Position numbers and translations under genes: made by a program. This document shows positions 13,452 through 27,600 of a stretch of DNA of 64,000 bases, in pieces. Location: contig OZ199839.1 of the NCBI GenBank assembly GCA_964304625.1, positions 9,376,528-9,440,527 of the forward strand, given 5' to 3'. Source of the stretch: Kudoa neothunni (Eukaryota; Animalia; Cnidaria). Within the stretch, counting starts at the first letter, position 1; the number at the start of each line of letters is the position of its first letter. The notes under the pieces are model-generated. The model saw only the letters and a list, made by a program, of their open reading frames with translations. It made no database searches and had not been told where the DNA came from.

Positions 13452-14933
13452 AATTATTTTAATGATGAATTACTAGCAACTAGCTACAAATAATAATGAT
13501 AATACGGTGCGTTTATTAAAGAAGTATGAGTTGTTATCTTTGAAGTTTCTGCTATTTTAATCTGTTTATTAGAAATCTGAATGTACTCAATGAAATAAAA
13601 CATATTTTATTAAAAATCACATAAATAAATGTTAAAAAATTAGTCGAATTAAGAAATAATGCAATTTAAATTATAAAACTTAAATTTTATTGTACCATCT
13701 AAAAGTTTTTTTAGAAATATAATAAAATATATGCAGGAAAAGATGTTTTATGAATAAAATTTTTTCAATTATAGAGATATATAATAACCAAATAGTCTAA
13801 TTTAAAAATAATATATTAAGAATTTTGCGACATTAATTAATTGACGAAAAAATATTCTTCGAATTTCTTAAATTTAAATTAAATAAAGAAATTTTAAATC
13901 ATTTCTAGATATTGATTTATTACTTAAAAAATTATTGTATGTAAAATAATGCCATTTATAATATAGGAAATGACAATGTGCAATCTAAACTAATAAATAT
14001 TACAATTAAACAAAATGGCGACTTGCTTCTTGCTTCGGCAAGACTTCCCGACGGAATAAGAAAAGAGGACTCGAGATGTTACTGGGAATTAATAGAAACA
14101 GACGAATCTATCAACAAAACTGTGAAAAAATGTTTGAGACGTAATACACAAGAATGTGATGATGAATTAGAGCCAATATGTTACCACATAATCATTAATA
14201 CTATTAAAAAATCCCATCTTTACACATTGAAGGTTTATTACAGCGAGAACATAGCAATCTACGGCGTAGAAAGCTTTTATTATGTTTTATCAAAAGATCC
14301 AATCGGCCACGAAATAAAAATGGCAACCAATAATTTAAATGTCAGCGTGGAAAGAGATGCCAACCGAATTAAAGTCAGCGTTAAACATTCTAACAGAATA
14401 GATTATACCGATATAAAATGTGTCTGGGTACTAAAAAGTGATGATGTTGTTGAACTAATGCCTGAAAATCAATGCATTCAAGGTAAAAAATTTGAATGTG
14501 TCGGTGTGGCTAATTTTTGCGCGAGATTTTCAATAAATGGTGTTAAACCTGCTTCACAATATAACTTAACCGTTTATTATCGCGAAGATTTAAATTACTT
14601 TGGTCATATTATGATTGATAAATGTATTCAAAATAAATTTTTATACATTTCGTTTGTTTTTATTACTTTAGATAAACCTAATCGAAAAAAAGAATCCAAT
14701 CCGTAAGCATTATTATTTTTATTAATATAATTAATTTATTAATATTTGAATTTGATAGGAAGTATTACATAATTCTTATTCTGAAATTTTTATTTAGGAG
14801 AACGAAAATCGCTGTTGTTTTTTCAATAACGTTTGTTGTATTATTGGCCTCTATTGCGCTACTGTTATATTTCAAAAGATCGTACATTGTGCATTATTTC
14901 AACGAAAACCGAAGTCCTGAACACAACTTATAG
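9610..14933 (+). CDS. Paralogue B: Cys-rich FN3-like type I membrane protein, about 918 aa if the long intron is spliced
   Basis: Exons 9610-9640, 9685-10041, 10087-10665, 10707-11030, 11084-11365, 11409-11768, 13967-14623, 14672-14702 and 14798-14933 join in frame. Signal MRIYILSIFFIIAVKS. Family motifs VYKPQFHVTY and CYAPCRDV. TM IAVVFSITFVVLLASIALLLYF then KRS. The join across 11769-13966 is inferred. Confidence 0.75.
12088..13302. mobile_element. Internally deleted piggyBac-type element inside the long intron of B
   Basis: TTAA TSD on both sides. TIR CCCTCTAAAGAT / ATCGTTAGAGAG. Subterminal GGGGT-n-ACCC palindromes. Confidence 0.75.
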
Positions 14934-16431
14934 ATTCTATTATCTTTAGGAAAATTAATATTTAATATATTTTTTTAAACTTTGACTAATATGAATTATT
15001 TAATAATTAAGAATTTTGTAAATTTTAGCTTGTTAAATAATTTATATAAGTTTTTGATGTTTGCGAGCTTTCTCCAGTTCATCAGACAATAATAATTCCT
15101 GCGTTTAACGATCATAATACATTCAATGAAATTTACTACCAGGTTCTACAAGAATTTCTTTTTAACATATTTTACTTACTATATTTGAATTTGTGTGGCA
15201 ATAAAATATATTAGTAAATAATGAATAAGATATTTTTTGAATGTAACTAATAGAGATGAATATATGTGATTGATTAAATACTAGGAGACATAATGTTAAT
15301 GATGAAATGCCCTAATATAAAATACATTTTGATATAAACTAATGATCCAGTAGTATCCATGGAATTTTTAATCAATGACATTTATTTTATTCAATTCACA
15401 AATAATTTATTGGATTCATTAGGAGACGTTATCTTCTCGAATATTTTAGGTTGCTAATATATTTTTCACCGTGATAACGTTAGTGATAAAATAATAACAA
15501 TTTTAGTCCATAAATTTATCTATTTTTAATTCCATATTAATAACTTTGCTTAATGTTTGCTTAACGATACAGAATGGCTCTATAAAATAAAAAAATAATT
15601 ATTTAAATTGATTAATTAAAGTAAATACAATATGGAGTTATTACAATTCAACAACTCAATGAATAAACATTAATTAATTATATTAATAAAATATTTATAA
15701 TAATAATACTAGCTAATCTCCTATGATAATAGTTTTTTGAACGATTACGATATTAAATTATGTTACACATTAATCAATATTTTAAGTTATTAGAAATTGT
15801 TATTTATTTTAACAAAATTAATAAAAATATTTAAAGTTAATTTTAACAAAAAATAATATTTTTGATTATAGTCACCTTGTAATGCTGGAAAGTTAATTTG
15901 AAATATTTTTATTAGTTACTTTCAATTTAGATATACTATATTATTAAATTAATAAAATTCTTTAAACAGAATTCAATATATTTATATACCTAACTATACG
16001 AGGTCTTTTATTATTACTAATATAAATATACTAATTATATTAATTTAGAAATTTTATTTTAACGTATTATTCATGTCATCATGAACTACAACAGTTATTT
16101 CATTCTATACCGTTAATTAAGGTTTAAGAAATATTAATGAACTATTCAATTATTTTTTATATCGTAAAAATGAATTATCAAATTTTATAAAATACATTTA
16201 CGTATATTAATATTTAGTTTATTGTTAATATATTTAATAATTGTGGAAAAATTAACCATAATATAAAAAATTAATTTACAACAAAATATTCAATAACAAT
16301 TTTCGAGATTAAATTAATTACTTACTTTACAAATCGCAGTCTTTATTCTCGTTACTTAATTAAGAATTATCGGAAAAGATATAAACCAATTTATCCTCCT
16401 ATTAAATACTAGTTTATATATTGGAACACCG

Positions 16432-19400
16432 ATGTTTGGGGTATTGTTTCTATATATCGGTAATGAATTAATAGCAACAACTAATAACGCTATTTGTAGT
16501 ACTTTTCTTAGAACGTTATTATAATTCACCTATTTCTACATCACCAAAATTTGAATACAAACTCATTCATCAAAGAAAGTTGGATAAGATATTGTTGTTT
16601 ATGAATGACCCTAATCGGGCAGAATTTTTCTGCACCATCCAAAAATTCGTCTCCGTTAACGACGGATTTTCTTACATTTCTGAGCTTGTTAGAGAAAACG
16701 ACAAATCCTTGTCTCATAAAACCTTCATTTGTAACGATGGCGTTAATCTAACATATGAATTAATCCAACCTACACAAAAATATATCATGGTATCATATGC
16801 GGAAACTAGGAATTCTCCTGACCCTTCAACTATTATACTTGGTTTCCTCGCACGTAAATACAACTAGAATATATCTAAATTTATTTTTTTTCTCTAAAGC
16901 AATTATGCATTTTCCACGGTACGTCTTGAAGATAGGTTCAAGTCATATTTCATTTGATTCGACTTCATGCCCATGTATGGAATGTTACGTGTTTTATAAA
17001 ATAGAAATACCGCATACCCTATATAATCTCGATCAATGTCGAAGGAGCCTAATGATTTCGATCGATGATTTTGACACTTCGCTCCCATACTACGAAATAA
17101 GATGTCCTCATCAGCCAATATTTTACTTTTTTATATCGGACGAATTTAAAAGAAGGAATTTAGAGGTTTATAAACCACAATTTCACGTTACGTTGGTTTC
17201 GTCATCTGAGCGCCTTGCTAAATACAGACTTGTTTTCACAAACACAATTTCAGCTGAAATCTGTCATTTCAGTATAAGACCCTTATCTGCATCTACGATC
17301 GAAACAGAAAGTTATACCTTCAAATCATCTTGTGGTGGAAGTTTATCTAGTCAACAATGCTACGCTCCATGTAGAGATGTTCAACTTGAAATGACAATGG
17401 CACCAGTAGTTGAAATAAGAATTAAGACAATAAAACACGATCTACTGGACGAAAACTCAGGAATATTCTATAAAAAATTTGGTATTATTTATTATCTCGA
17501 TTATCAATAATTATTTGAATATTTGTGTTAGTGCTCAATTGGAATATTTTGGAGACCCAAAATCTACTTTCCAATAAACAGAACGACGAGGTTACCTTCA
17601 ATTCACAATACTATCGACCAAATAATGCAAATGTTAAATATAATACATGTAACATTAAATATCACCGAGCGGATTTATTCATCCAAGGTGATGACTCATT
17701 AACTGATTGTGTCAATAAACAAGGAAAACCCTGTGCTACTAACTGTGCTGCAGTAACAATGAAGATTGATGGCAACGGACATCCATTTGTTATACTTATG
17801 AATTCTTCAATTGAAAATTATAGTCCCTACGAAGAAATTATATTTTTTCGATCAAGTAGCGACCTTAAAATTAATTGGTTTATATATGTATATATTGTAA
17901 TTCTAGAAAGTGGAAGGGTTATCCCGGAGTTTACATTGTTACCAATAGTTGAGTCCAGCAGTATCAAAATAATACCTCCTACATCTTCTGAATTTTATTT
18001 TCCCGATCATTTATTTTGCTCTTATTATATTAGTCTAATGGAATCTGACTTTTATTACGAATCCAAATGTTTGGATAGCAATGGCTGCATTGGTCTGTGT
18101 GAAAACGAACAGATAATTACAAATATTATCCTTACTGCAAATTATAAAATCAAAATTCATAGTTATCAGTATGACGATATAATACTTGAATGTAAACTAA
18201 ACATCGAATTGTTTAAAATTAAATACATTTAGACAAACCTGGTTTTGTAATGGGTTACCGTGACACTTCAGATGGAGTAAGAATAATTGGAGAGCATTCA
18301 TTTGTAAAAATAAAGGATCTTAAATGTTATTACAGCATCTACATCAAGGAAGAAGAATTCAATCGTCTGATTTATAACTGTAAAATAGTTGGGAAGGAAA
18401 TAACACCTACTTACGGTCATGACGAAATATTCCTCTCAGGCTCAGGTGGACTGTTAGGAGAGTGCTCCATTGTACCATTTTGCAATAGTATACAATTTAT
18501 CGATTATTACAACGCTACCGAAGAGTATATATTTTGTATGAAACCGGAAGGGGTTATTTCAGAGACACTTTGTGCGAAAATCTATCCAAGTACTTCAAAA
18601 AATCATACAGAATTATATTGGACTTTTTAAGACATTTAGTTTGCGATAATTTACTTAATATATAGTTAATTTTAATGAATAAACGTCATTTATATTTTTA
18701 AATTTGAAATTAGTTTAACCATTTAAGTAAGTATAATTGGGGTATTTGAACCTCAGGCGATATTAGTTATCAATTTTCTACCTCATTAACTTGTGAGAAA
18801 TTTTTGGAAATCAGTGTATTTTTCTAAAATACTCTTTAGTTAAATTCTACTAATTAAAAAACTTTTTCCTTTCGTAGAAAAAAAGTTATTCAAAAACACC
18901 TTTCAATTAAAAAGTAAAATTGGTGTTCAAAATACCCCACGATTTTTATTTCATCTAATTATCCAATATATTGAAGTAAAAGTCTGGGGAAACGTTGGAA
19001 AAGATCTATCCAGTAAATATATTTTTGTTGCATTAATATCGTATCTTATTCTCCATTATGAATGTACCATAATTAATTTCAATGATGTGTTCAAGTGATC
19101 TTAATAGTAATTACTCCGATACCGTGCCTTCAGATTCATTTTCATCGTTTCATGATTATTTATAATTAGAAAAATTTGATATTGATACAGATATACAACT
19201 TAACTCATTAATACACAAGAACGGAACGGTATGTTCAATGGACCCTCCGTTTGCATCAAGAACATGTGTTGTAAATATTTGAATAGTCGTCCTGGTGTCT
19301 CTCCGTTTCTATTGCATAATACAATTGTTACTTTCAGAATAATATGTAATTTTGTTATGTACGAATTTATTTTAAAATATAACAGTACATGGGTGGTGAA

Positions 19401-21611
19401 ATGTTTGGTGATAGATGGATCGAATTAGACGTGATCATTAGCAATTTATTTCTGATGGTACATCACAGGAATAATCGAGAAACAGTTAAAGAGATATTTG
19501 GGTTAGAAGAAGGAAAGATATATCGTGATTTATTCTCATTACATAAATTTCTCCAAATAATTCGAGTTTCACATTTTGATGGTATGGAAAATATTGAGAT
19601 GATAAAATAATAAGGAAATTTTGCCATGTTGGTGAATCACGGTATATTTAGGTAGATTTTTTACGCGTCGTTTCCGCCCTAGTATAACATTAAAAGCGTA
19701 TCTATGTTACCTGTTTTAAGCAATAGTCTATACCAGGATTATGATATTTTTTATCACTTTAAGCGAAAACCTAATAAAGACTTATTTTTATCAAACGAGC
19801 TGAATTTTAAGTTACGTTTATAGAAAATATGTGATTTCCAAAATAATACATACGCATACGCTGAGGTTAAAATATCTTTTTATCATTCGCATATGCCTAC
19901 ATAATATTACATGATATTATTGATGTAATTAATGAATATATAATCGGTAAAATATCTTAAAAAATTCTAAAAATACATATTGTCATTTTTTTTAAATATT
20001 TTATCAAATAAAATAACAAGTCTTTTGGACCCCAATTTTACTTGGAGGGTGTAAATTTTCATGTGACTTTGATGGTTGGTTAATCATTATATGTTTAAAC
20101 AATCCCAATCAATTTATTAAGCGAGTTAATTTACAATAATCTGTAATATATATTTATATATTATTTTACTTTAATTGTTAAATTGTTCAAATATTACAAA
20201 TAGTGTTATACGATAATTTAAATTGATATATTTTAATTTAATTCAATTACTATGTGGTCATAAATACATAAATACGTCGCAAAATATATAATGGAATAAC
20301 AATAGCTAATAAATTATTATATAATTAAATCATTCTAATTAATTCTGACATTGATGCTAAAATATTTTTGAAGGTGTGTTATGTAACTGGTTTAAATCAT
20401 TCTAGTCTAATACTAATATATCGTTAGTAAATATTTTAGTCATATGTCGTATTAACCTAATTCATTATTCATCTATTTAGAAAATAATTTTGGATGGCTA
20501 AAATATTTTCACATTTAATGAATTCTTCTAAATTCATTAAAAAATTTGATTTGTTTAATTCCATTGACAATTTATTCGCGATTATTTTATTTTTTTTCAC
20601 TCTAGGGAAGAGCGAATATAATCCAGCACCAATTACTTTGGACGTTAAACAATATTCCGATATAATACATGCAGTAGCAACACTTCCTGAGATAATTAGA
20701 AAGAAGGATTCTAGATGTTATTGGAAGATAACAGCAATTATTTCTGATAATAATATGACGATTAAAGAATGTTACAGACAAAATAGAGATAATTGTGATA
20801 GCAATATACCTCCGTTATGCAATAACATTTTTATCCGTGATGTTGGTGAAACTCTTCTATACAACTTGAGTGTATATTATGAAAAAAACATAGAAATTAA
20901 TGGAAAAGTCGAATTTAAATATTTGACTCAGCAAGTTGATCATATTGATGTCGATAATAATAAAAATGAGAAGAAAATAATTTTGTCAGTTGACAGAGGA
21001 AAAACAAGTATAAATGTCACAGCTAGCTTACCTAATGAAATTAATGAAATTCTCGCGAATAATGCGATATGTTACTGGATGTTAAGAATCATAATGTCGG
21101 AAATAAAAACTCCTGAGAAATATTGTCTTCATGGAAATAATGATAACTGTGGTTTTGGTCCTCCGCAGTGCAAAGGTTTCGTAATTGATGGCGTTCTTGA
21201 AGCCTATTCGTACGAATTATTAGTCTATTACAGTGAAGACACCAGTGTTAGGGGTGGAATATTTGTCGAAAGATGTAATAATAATAAACAATTAGGTTTA
21301 TAATTACCATTTAATAATTAGATATCCCTAAAAGCATCATAAAGCCCACTACTGTGAGTCACAAATCAGTGAAGTAATTTGTATGCATAATTTCCTTGTT
21401 TTATTTACTTTTAGCCAAACCTATTCTAAGTACTACATATAATTTATATGCATTAAAGGTATCTTTTAGAAACGTGTTAATTTCAATAATTGTCTTGAGT
21501 CTACTGATTCTAATATCTGTGTGGATTGGAATAATAATTCATCACAAACGCCACTCTATTCATGAACATCTTCGATCTTTATTTGGTACTGAGCAGAAGA
21601 AAAATGAATAA
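16432..21611 (+). CDS. Paralogue C: Cys-rich FN3-like type I membrane protein
   Basis: Signal exon MFGVLFLYI(V)LFL. Exons collinear with B (ORFs at 16580, 16797, 17525, 18250). Phase-1 donor at 18590 and in-frame acceptor at 20605, two CxW modules (20606-21274), stalk exons 21322-21373 and 21415-21429, TM NVLISIIVLSLLILISVWIGIII then HHKR. Confidence 0.75.
18719..20079 (+). mobile_element. Decayed piggyBac element inside the long intron of C
   Basis: TTAA-flanked ends matching the elements at 3985 and 24669. Transposase N-terminal remnant KEIFGLEEGKIYRDLFSLHKFLQIIRVSHFD. Confidence 0.8.
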
Positions 21612-22356
21612 TGGATAAAAACACTTCTTATTCAATCATTCTAAATTATGAGACCAAATTTTTTCCAAATTTGAGAACTTTTCGTTGTTACTAATTTCAA
21701 GCTTATTTCCAAATATGTTAAAAAATCAATAAAATAATACCTAAGCAGATTTGAAAAATATTAATATCATCACATTACCTCACTTAAATATTTTTTTGTC
21801 GTTGAAATAAGTTATTTTTATATGATGATTAAATTTAATATCAAACTTAACTCTTCATAAATATTATTTAAATTTAACTTCGTTTAAATTATATAAATTT
21901 TTCATATTCAAAATAAATAATCTTCGTCCGACGTTTCCATGTCCATTACTGTTGTTAATTTATTTACCTAAATATTATTTTTGTTTTTAGATGAGAGTTT
22001 TTTAATTTATTTCAAGTTTAGGGCGTTTCATGATGTTTCTATTAAAATATCATTTCTCAAAAAACTGTAACGTTCTATTAAGTTTAAATTTTTAAATTCA
22101 TTTCTACTTTAACTGCAAAATCTTGGTACAGATTTCGTTTTTAAGTGTAAATATCATTTGATCTTTTCATTCTCTAATTTTTTTTGCGCTCTGAAAATAA
22201 TAATATGCATAAATGCAGTACATTAAAAAGATTTAAATAGTTGAAATTACTAAATAATTTATCTGTTTTATCATCAACTTGAGGAAAAACTAAAACTTAA
22301 TTAATAGCCCTATTCATATGTATAATAACCATGTAAATATTTCGAATTTTCTTTAA

Positions 22357-23494
22357 CCCTCTAATGAATCCAAAAACGATGAACGTGTAATAGACTTCGG
22401 GGTCAATTTTACCCCACACTTTTTGTGAATTATATCACTTTAAAAAATCTAATAATCAATATTTTGGAATAGTTTTTAATTCCTATGGATGGAACATTGG
22501 CAAATGCATATTAAATTTTGACGTAATCCCCCGATAATCAGCTTCGTTTACGATGCGTCTTATGTCGGTACACATCGACGTTTCATTAATAAAGTAATTG
22601 CGTTAATTCGGTGGAATTAAACGTGTTTCGCCAGTTGAAATATTAAAATAAAACCTAACAAGAATTCTTGAAAGTTATGCGAGGTTAAAACAGTTTTCGA
22701 ATTCGTGAAATGGACAATAAAATTTATAACAATTTTCGCGCCGTTTATAAGATTTTTTATCATTTTTCCTCTCAATATATCCACATGTTGCTCGCTTTAC
22801 GTTAGAATGATGTTTCTACTGGGAAGCATAAACAATGCTAGAATCTACTTTGATTGTTTGTTTGTGGAATTTGTTGTCAACAATGTTTTGTATAATTGTT
22901 CAGCGATTTCTTTAAGAAAATAATACATTCTGAGTTATTGGAAACATAAGATGCCAACATATACTTTTAATAGAAAACAAAAATGTTGTCCAAACAGGCT
23001 CAATTTGGTGATGATTGAAGACATGATGGTATCTCTTTAGTTTTTAAAGTAATGCCTCTCTGGGAAATTTTTTCAAACAATTTTTCAGTAATAAACATCG
23101 AAAAGAAAACATTTTCATCATCAACAACATAATATTCATTCTTTGATAAACAAAATTCAGGAAAGAAATCATGGGAATCACATCCTCATATATTTGCGCA
23201 TGCGATTTACTTAATTTATTTAATATTTCCTTAGTTTCTACAAAAACTACTCATATGTGTTTTATTATATTTATGATCGAGATAATTTACATTTTTTGAA
23301 ATATTATTAATCCAAAAAAATAGGGGGTAAATTTTATCTCAACAACAATTACAAGATAAAATTAAAATTAAAACCTACACAATAATTTCCCGGGAAGACA
23401 TTTTTCGTCAAACCAAATATAAAATTTTATTAAAAGAATAACTAGAATCCATTAGGTATTGGTTTATTGTATACAAAGATAAACCATTAAAGGG
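22357..23494. mobile_element. Non-autonomous piggyBac element
   Basis: TTAA TSD on both sides. TIR CCCTCTAATG / CATTAAAGGG. Subterminal GGGGTCAATTTTACCCC. Confidence 0.8.
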
Positions 23495-24668
23495 TTAAAA
23501 TGCATTAAAAATTCACTTTATATCCGATTAGTAAACAATGGTTTAATATAATCAATATGCTAAAATCAACCAATTGTTGAGTGCACGCTCGAGAATTTTT
23601 CTGTCAACTTTGCATTATCATAATTATTATATACCTAGAAATATTCAAATCCAGGGGTTTAAAAAATATTACAACAGATAAAGTTTTATTATATCTATTT
23701 TTTCTTTTGAGTTAGATATATTATTTAATAATAAATAATGACAATAATTTTTTTTTTAACAACAAAACAAAAATCCATGTATAACATTTTTACATAAATT
23801 TCCTGGCTTTTTAAATTTACAGTTTTTATTTTGTAACTATGAATATTTATATTTTAACAAAAATCTTTAATGGAATGAATTACAATAATGTCAACATGTT
23901 AATTACATTGTTTAAAATGGTGGCTTGTTTAATTTTATTAAAAAATAATTCATTACAATTATTTTTAGTTTTTTTAGCCAGTTAACAATTACCACAACAT
24001 TTTAAAATTATTTGGAGAAAATGTTGAAAATAGACCGCTAAGAAGATGTAATTTTTTCTATTGTTCTTTTAAGTTTAAAAATGAACATTGGGCGCGAATT
24101 AATCATGAAATATAATTATCACTGTTTCTCTGACTTTAATTATTCTAATAATTCGGATTTCATTTGAATGCTAATGTTCAGTAACATAAAATAGCATTTT
24201 ATTGGCAAAATAACATGGGATATTTATGACATTTTTTCTTTAGAAAAGAATATTCATTCTAAATAGCTTAAAATATATATTTAACTAATCTTCAATAAAT
24301 ATTGAACAATCAGACTTCTTTTTGTTATTATAACGATCAGTTTTTGAAAATTAATCGTAAAAAATCATTGAGTACGCATTATTATTAAAATATTACTGGT
24401 ATAATTAAGAATGTGAGTTGTAATGTGACCTCACTATCGCGTAATTATATTCGACGCCATATGTATTACACAATATCAAATTTATACCAAATATTTAAAT
24501 AAATTTTTAATTCCTTTTTAATTAACAAAAATTATTACACTCTGTATAAAAATCTATTTTTATACTACTCATAGTTATTACAAAAAATAATTTATTCTAG
24601 AAATAATCAACAACGAATTTTCTAGGCAGAACTAAAGAATATGTTGTTATTATTATTAAGTATATTAA

Positions 24669-27600
24669 CCTTACAAGTAAAATGGGGTATTTTTATATCT
24701 CGGGCCTATTTAATCATTACTTTATTACCTCAAATTTAGGAGTAAAACTTTCTATATTCCATATAATCTTCTATCGTTTTATAATACATAATCTACCTGT
24801 TACAACATTTTTTTTTGTTTTGTAACATAAAATATAACGCAAAAATACACTCCGAGTAAAATAGGGGCATTTTTTTCATTTCACATTTTTTAGACTAAAT
24901 TGTCCCTAATAAAAAATATTTTTTTAGTAAATTTGATACATTTTCGTTGACGAATTGTTGTTTAAATCAACAAATATTACTGGACATATCGCAATGCTCG
25001 TGCGACAATCAGACAATGGTGGAATGAGCTCGAGTAAACATAGCGGCATATGCTCTGATATTGATTTTTCAAACATGGATTATTCCTTTATGCGTGATAC
25101 GTCATAAGATAATTTGGAAATTGAAACCAATGCTCCATCTGACTCTAATAAAAAAGAATGGAACCTTATGGACAGTTGAAAAATCCTCGATTTCTATAAC
25201 TGCAGCCAAAAATATTTTTACCAGTCATACTGGTGTTTCATCTTTCATTTTGAAGAATATACAAAAATTATTGATACGTTTAAAGTGTTTTTTTTCGTTA
25301 GGAAATGTATGATTTACTTTTAAAACATACAAATCAATATGACAGAAAATTTTTTGGTGAAGCTTGGAAGCAATTAGATAGTGTCGAATTCGATGGATTC
25401 ATCGGATGTTTATTGTTAATGGGAATATTTGATGATAATCAACAACCAGTCAAAGAATTGTTTGGGTTAGAAAAGAATAGACAAGTTCAAATGAGAATGA
25501 TCACAGTCTGGCTCCTTGGTTAGTTTAGAATTGACTAACTCGTCCCTCGGTGCAATCCAAATAACTCGACACGTTCTGTCTCGTAGCTGTGCAAATTATT
25601 TATTTGGTAGAATTGGAGCTTATATGATTATTCAAATTTTAATATCATATGAAAAAAGTTATGGATTCTTCAAGTATAAAAAGAGAATGACAACAAGAAT
25701 ATTCAACCTAGAATGGGAAGAAGAATTTGCCTTTACTCTGATTCGGAGTAAGCCGTTGTGTCTTTTTGCAATATGATTTTGAGTCACAACAAATCACCTA
25801 ACCTGAAACGACATTATGAGACAAATCACTTAAAATTTTTACGTGATTATCTTTCTAAGTCTCAAATAAGAACCAATAAATTATGTTCTTTAAAATCATC
25901 ATTAAATAACAGCCGGTCACTTTTGACAACATTTTCCACCGAATCTGCTGTATCAACTGAAGCTAGTTTTATTATTTCATGGAATATTTCTCGCGCCAAA
26001 CATCCATATTTTTATAGGGAATTTGTCAGGAAGAATATTGCTGAAGTTATTGTAGTTTAGATCCTAAAATCGGAAAACTTCAACGTTTGATAGAACAAAC
26101 ATCAATTTTTCGTCAAACGATCGAAAGGCGAATCTCTCAAATAAGTGCTAATGTTTGCGATAAACTACAAAATGATCTGAAGAGTTCGTTTTCTTTTAGT
26201 TTAGTTCTCGACTAATCAACGGACATTTATGACAATCCCCAAATGGCCATATTCATTCGCTATGTTTTATATGACCTAACTATTAAGGAGGAATTGTTGG
26301 ATTCGATGGCGTTGAAAAAGCTACTTGTGGCTATTGTATCAGCGCGAAAAAATACGAATAGAAAAAAAAGCAGAATAAAAATAATAGATCCGGATTAATA
26401 AAAAATGTTCAATTATATGGGTGATGCGGTTTTTAACGTCCCAACCACGTTATGAGTATTGTAGGGCGGTAGGGGGGGGAATCGTTCCTCATGACAAGAA
26501 TTTGAGGTGTGAGTGGGTTACATGAGTAATTTCTTTCATCATTTCGTTGAGAATTGGATTTTGGATATAAAATAGGAAAATGAGCCTTCTTAGGATTGAT
26601 AGGATGAATTGGAAATTGCATTTAATTATTTGTTATTGGGAAATTGAAAGCGTGAGCTCATGGGAACGATTCTTGAACCCAACAGTGACGTTGACGTTAA
26701 TAATGCACTTGATACAGCCCTAGAAAATTCTGGCGTTTAGTTATGTCATCTCGTTAGCACTTCGAGAGATGGGTATCCTGCAATGGTAGGTAAGAATGTA
26801 GCTTTAATTGCCTTCATGAAAAATGATCCAAGATTTGGAAAACTTACCCCCGTATAGTGCATTAATCATCGCTAACATCTGATTGCAAAATACTTCAAAT
26901 AAAATGGATGAAATGTAGTGTACACTCGAAACTGTCAATTATATACGATCAAATGGGAAGATTCTTCGACAGTTCAGAAATATTGTTGGACAACTTGAGA
27001 TAGATGTTGAACCTAACGACGTTTCATTCTCCTGTATTGTGAGATGGCTGTCAACTAGCAATGTATTGAATAGGTTTGTGGAACTTATAGAACCGATTAG
27101 TTCATTCCTTAAAGAAAAGAACAAATCATAACTTCAGTTTGAAAATAATCAATGGCTCTACGATTAGATGTTTTTACTTAAGTAATGAACCATCCTAAAA
27201 ACCTTAATTTAGCATTACATGAGAAGAATATATTGGTTTCCGATCTTGCTCAAATAATTTTCAACTTCGAGAATAAAAAACAAGTTTTCTAACGAGACAT
27301 AATATCAAGAAACTTTATTTATTTTTCAAATCTCAATCGACAATGGAATTCATTCCCTAATGATGTAATACAAAATGTGGAATTGGAAAAATGTAACTGA
27401 AAATTAGAGCAACTTATGAATGACTTTAAAGATCGTTTTAATGATTTATGGAAACTGAAACCATGTTTTATGTTCCTCAACTACCCATTTGTGATCGATA
27501 TAGTTAACGAATGTAGTAAAAATCTTGATTCGCCGCTCATTGATTTTTCAACTATGGAAATGGAACTAATGGGTTTTCAGGATGATCAGAATTTAAACAT

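Noticed and set aside
14070-14430. C-x-W motifs suggesting class I cytokine receptor mimicry
   Set aside because: There is no WSxWS motif, and the CxW aligns with the C-x-Y-Y strand of the other modules rather than the cytokine-receptor position. Only general FN3 similarity is supportable.
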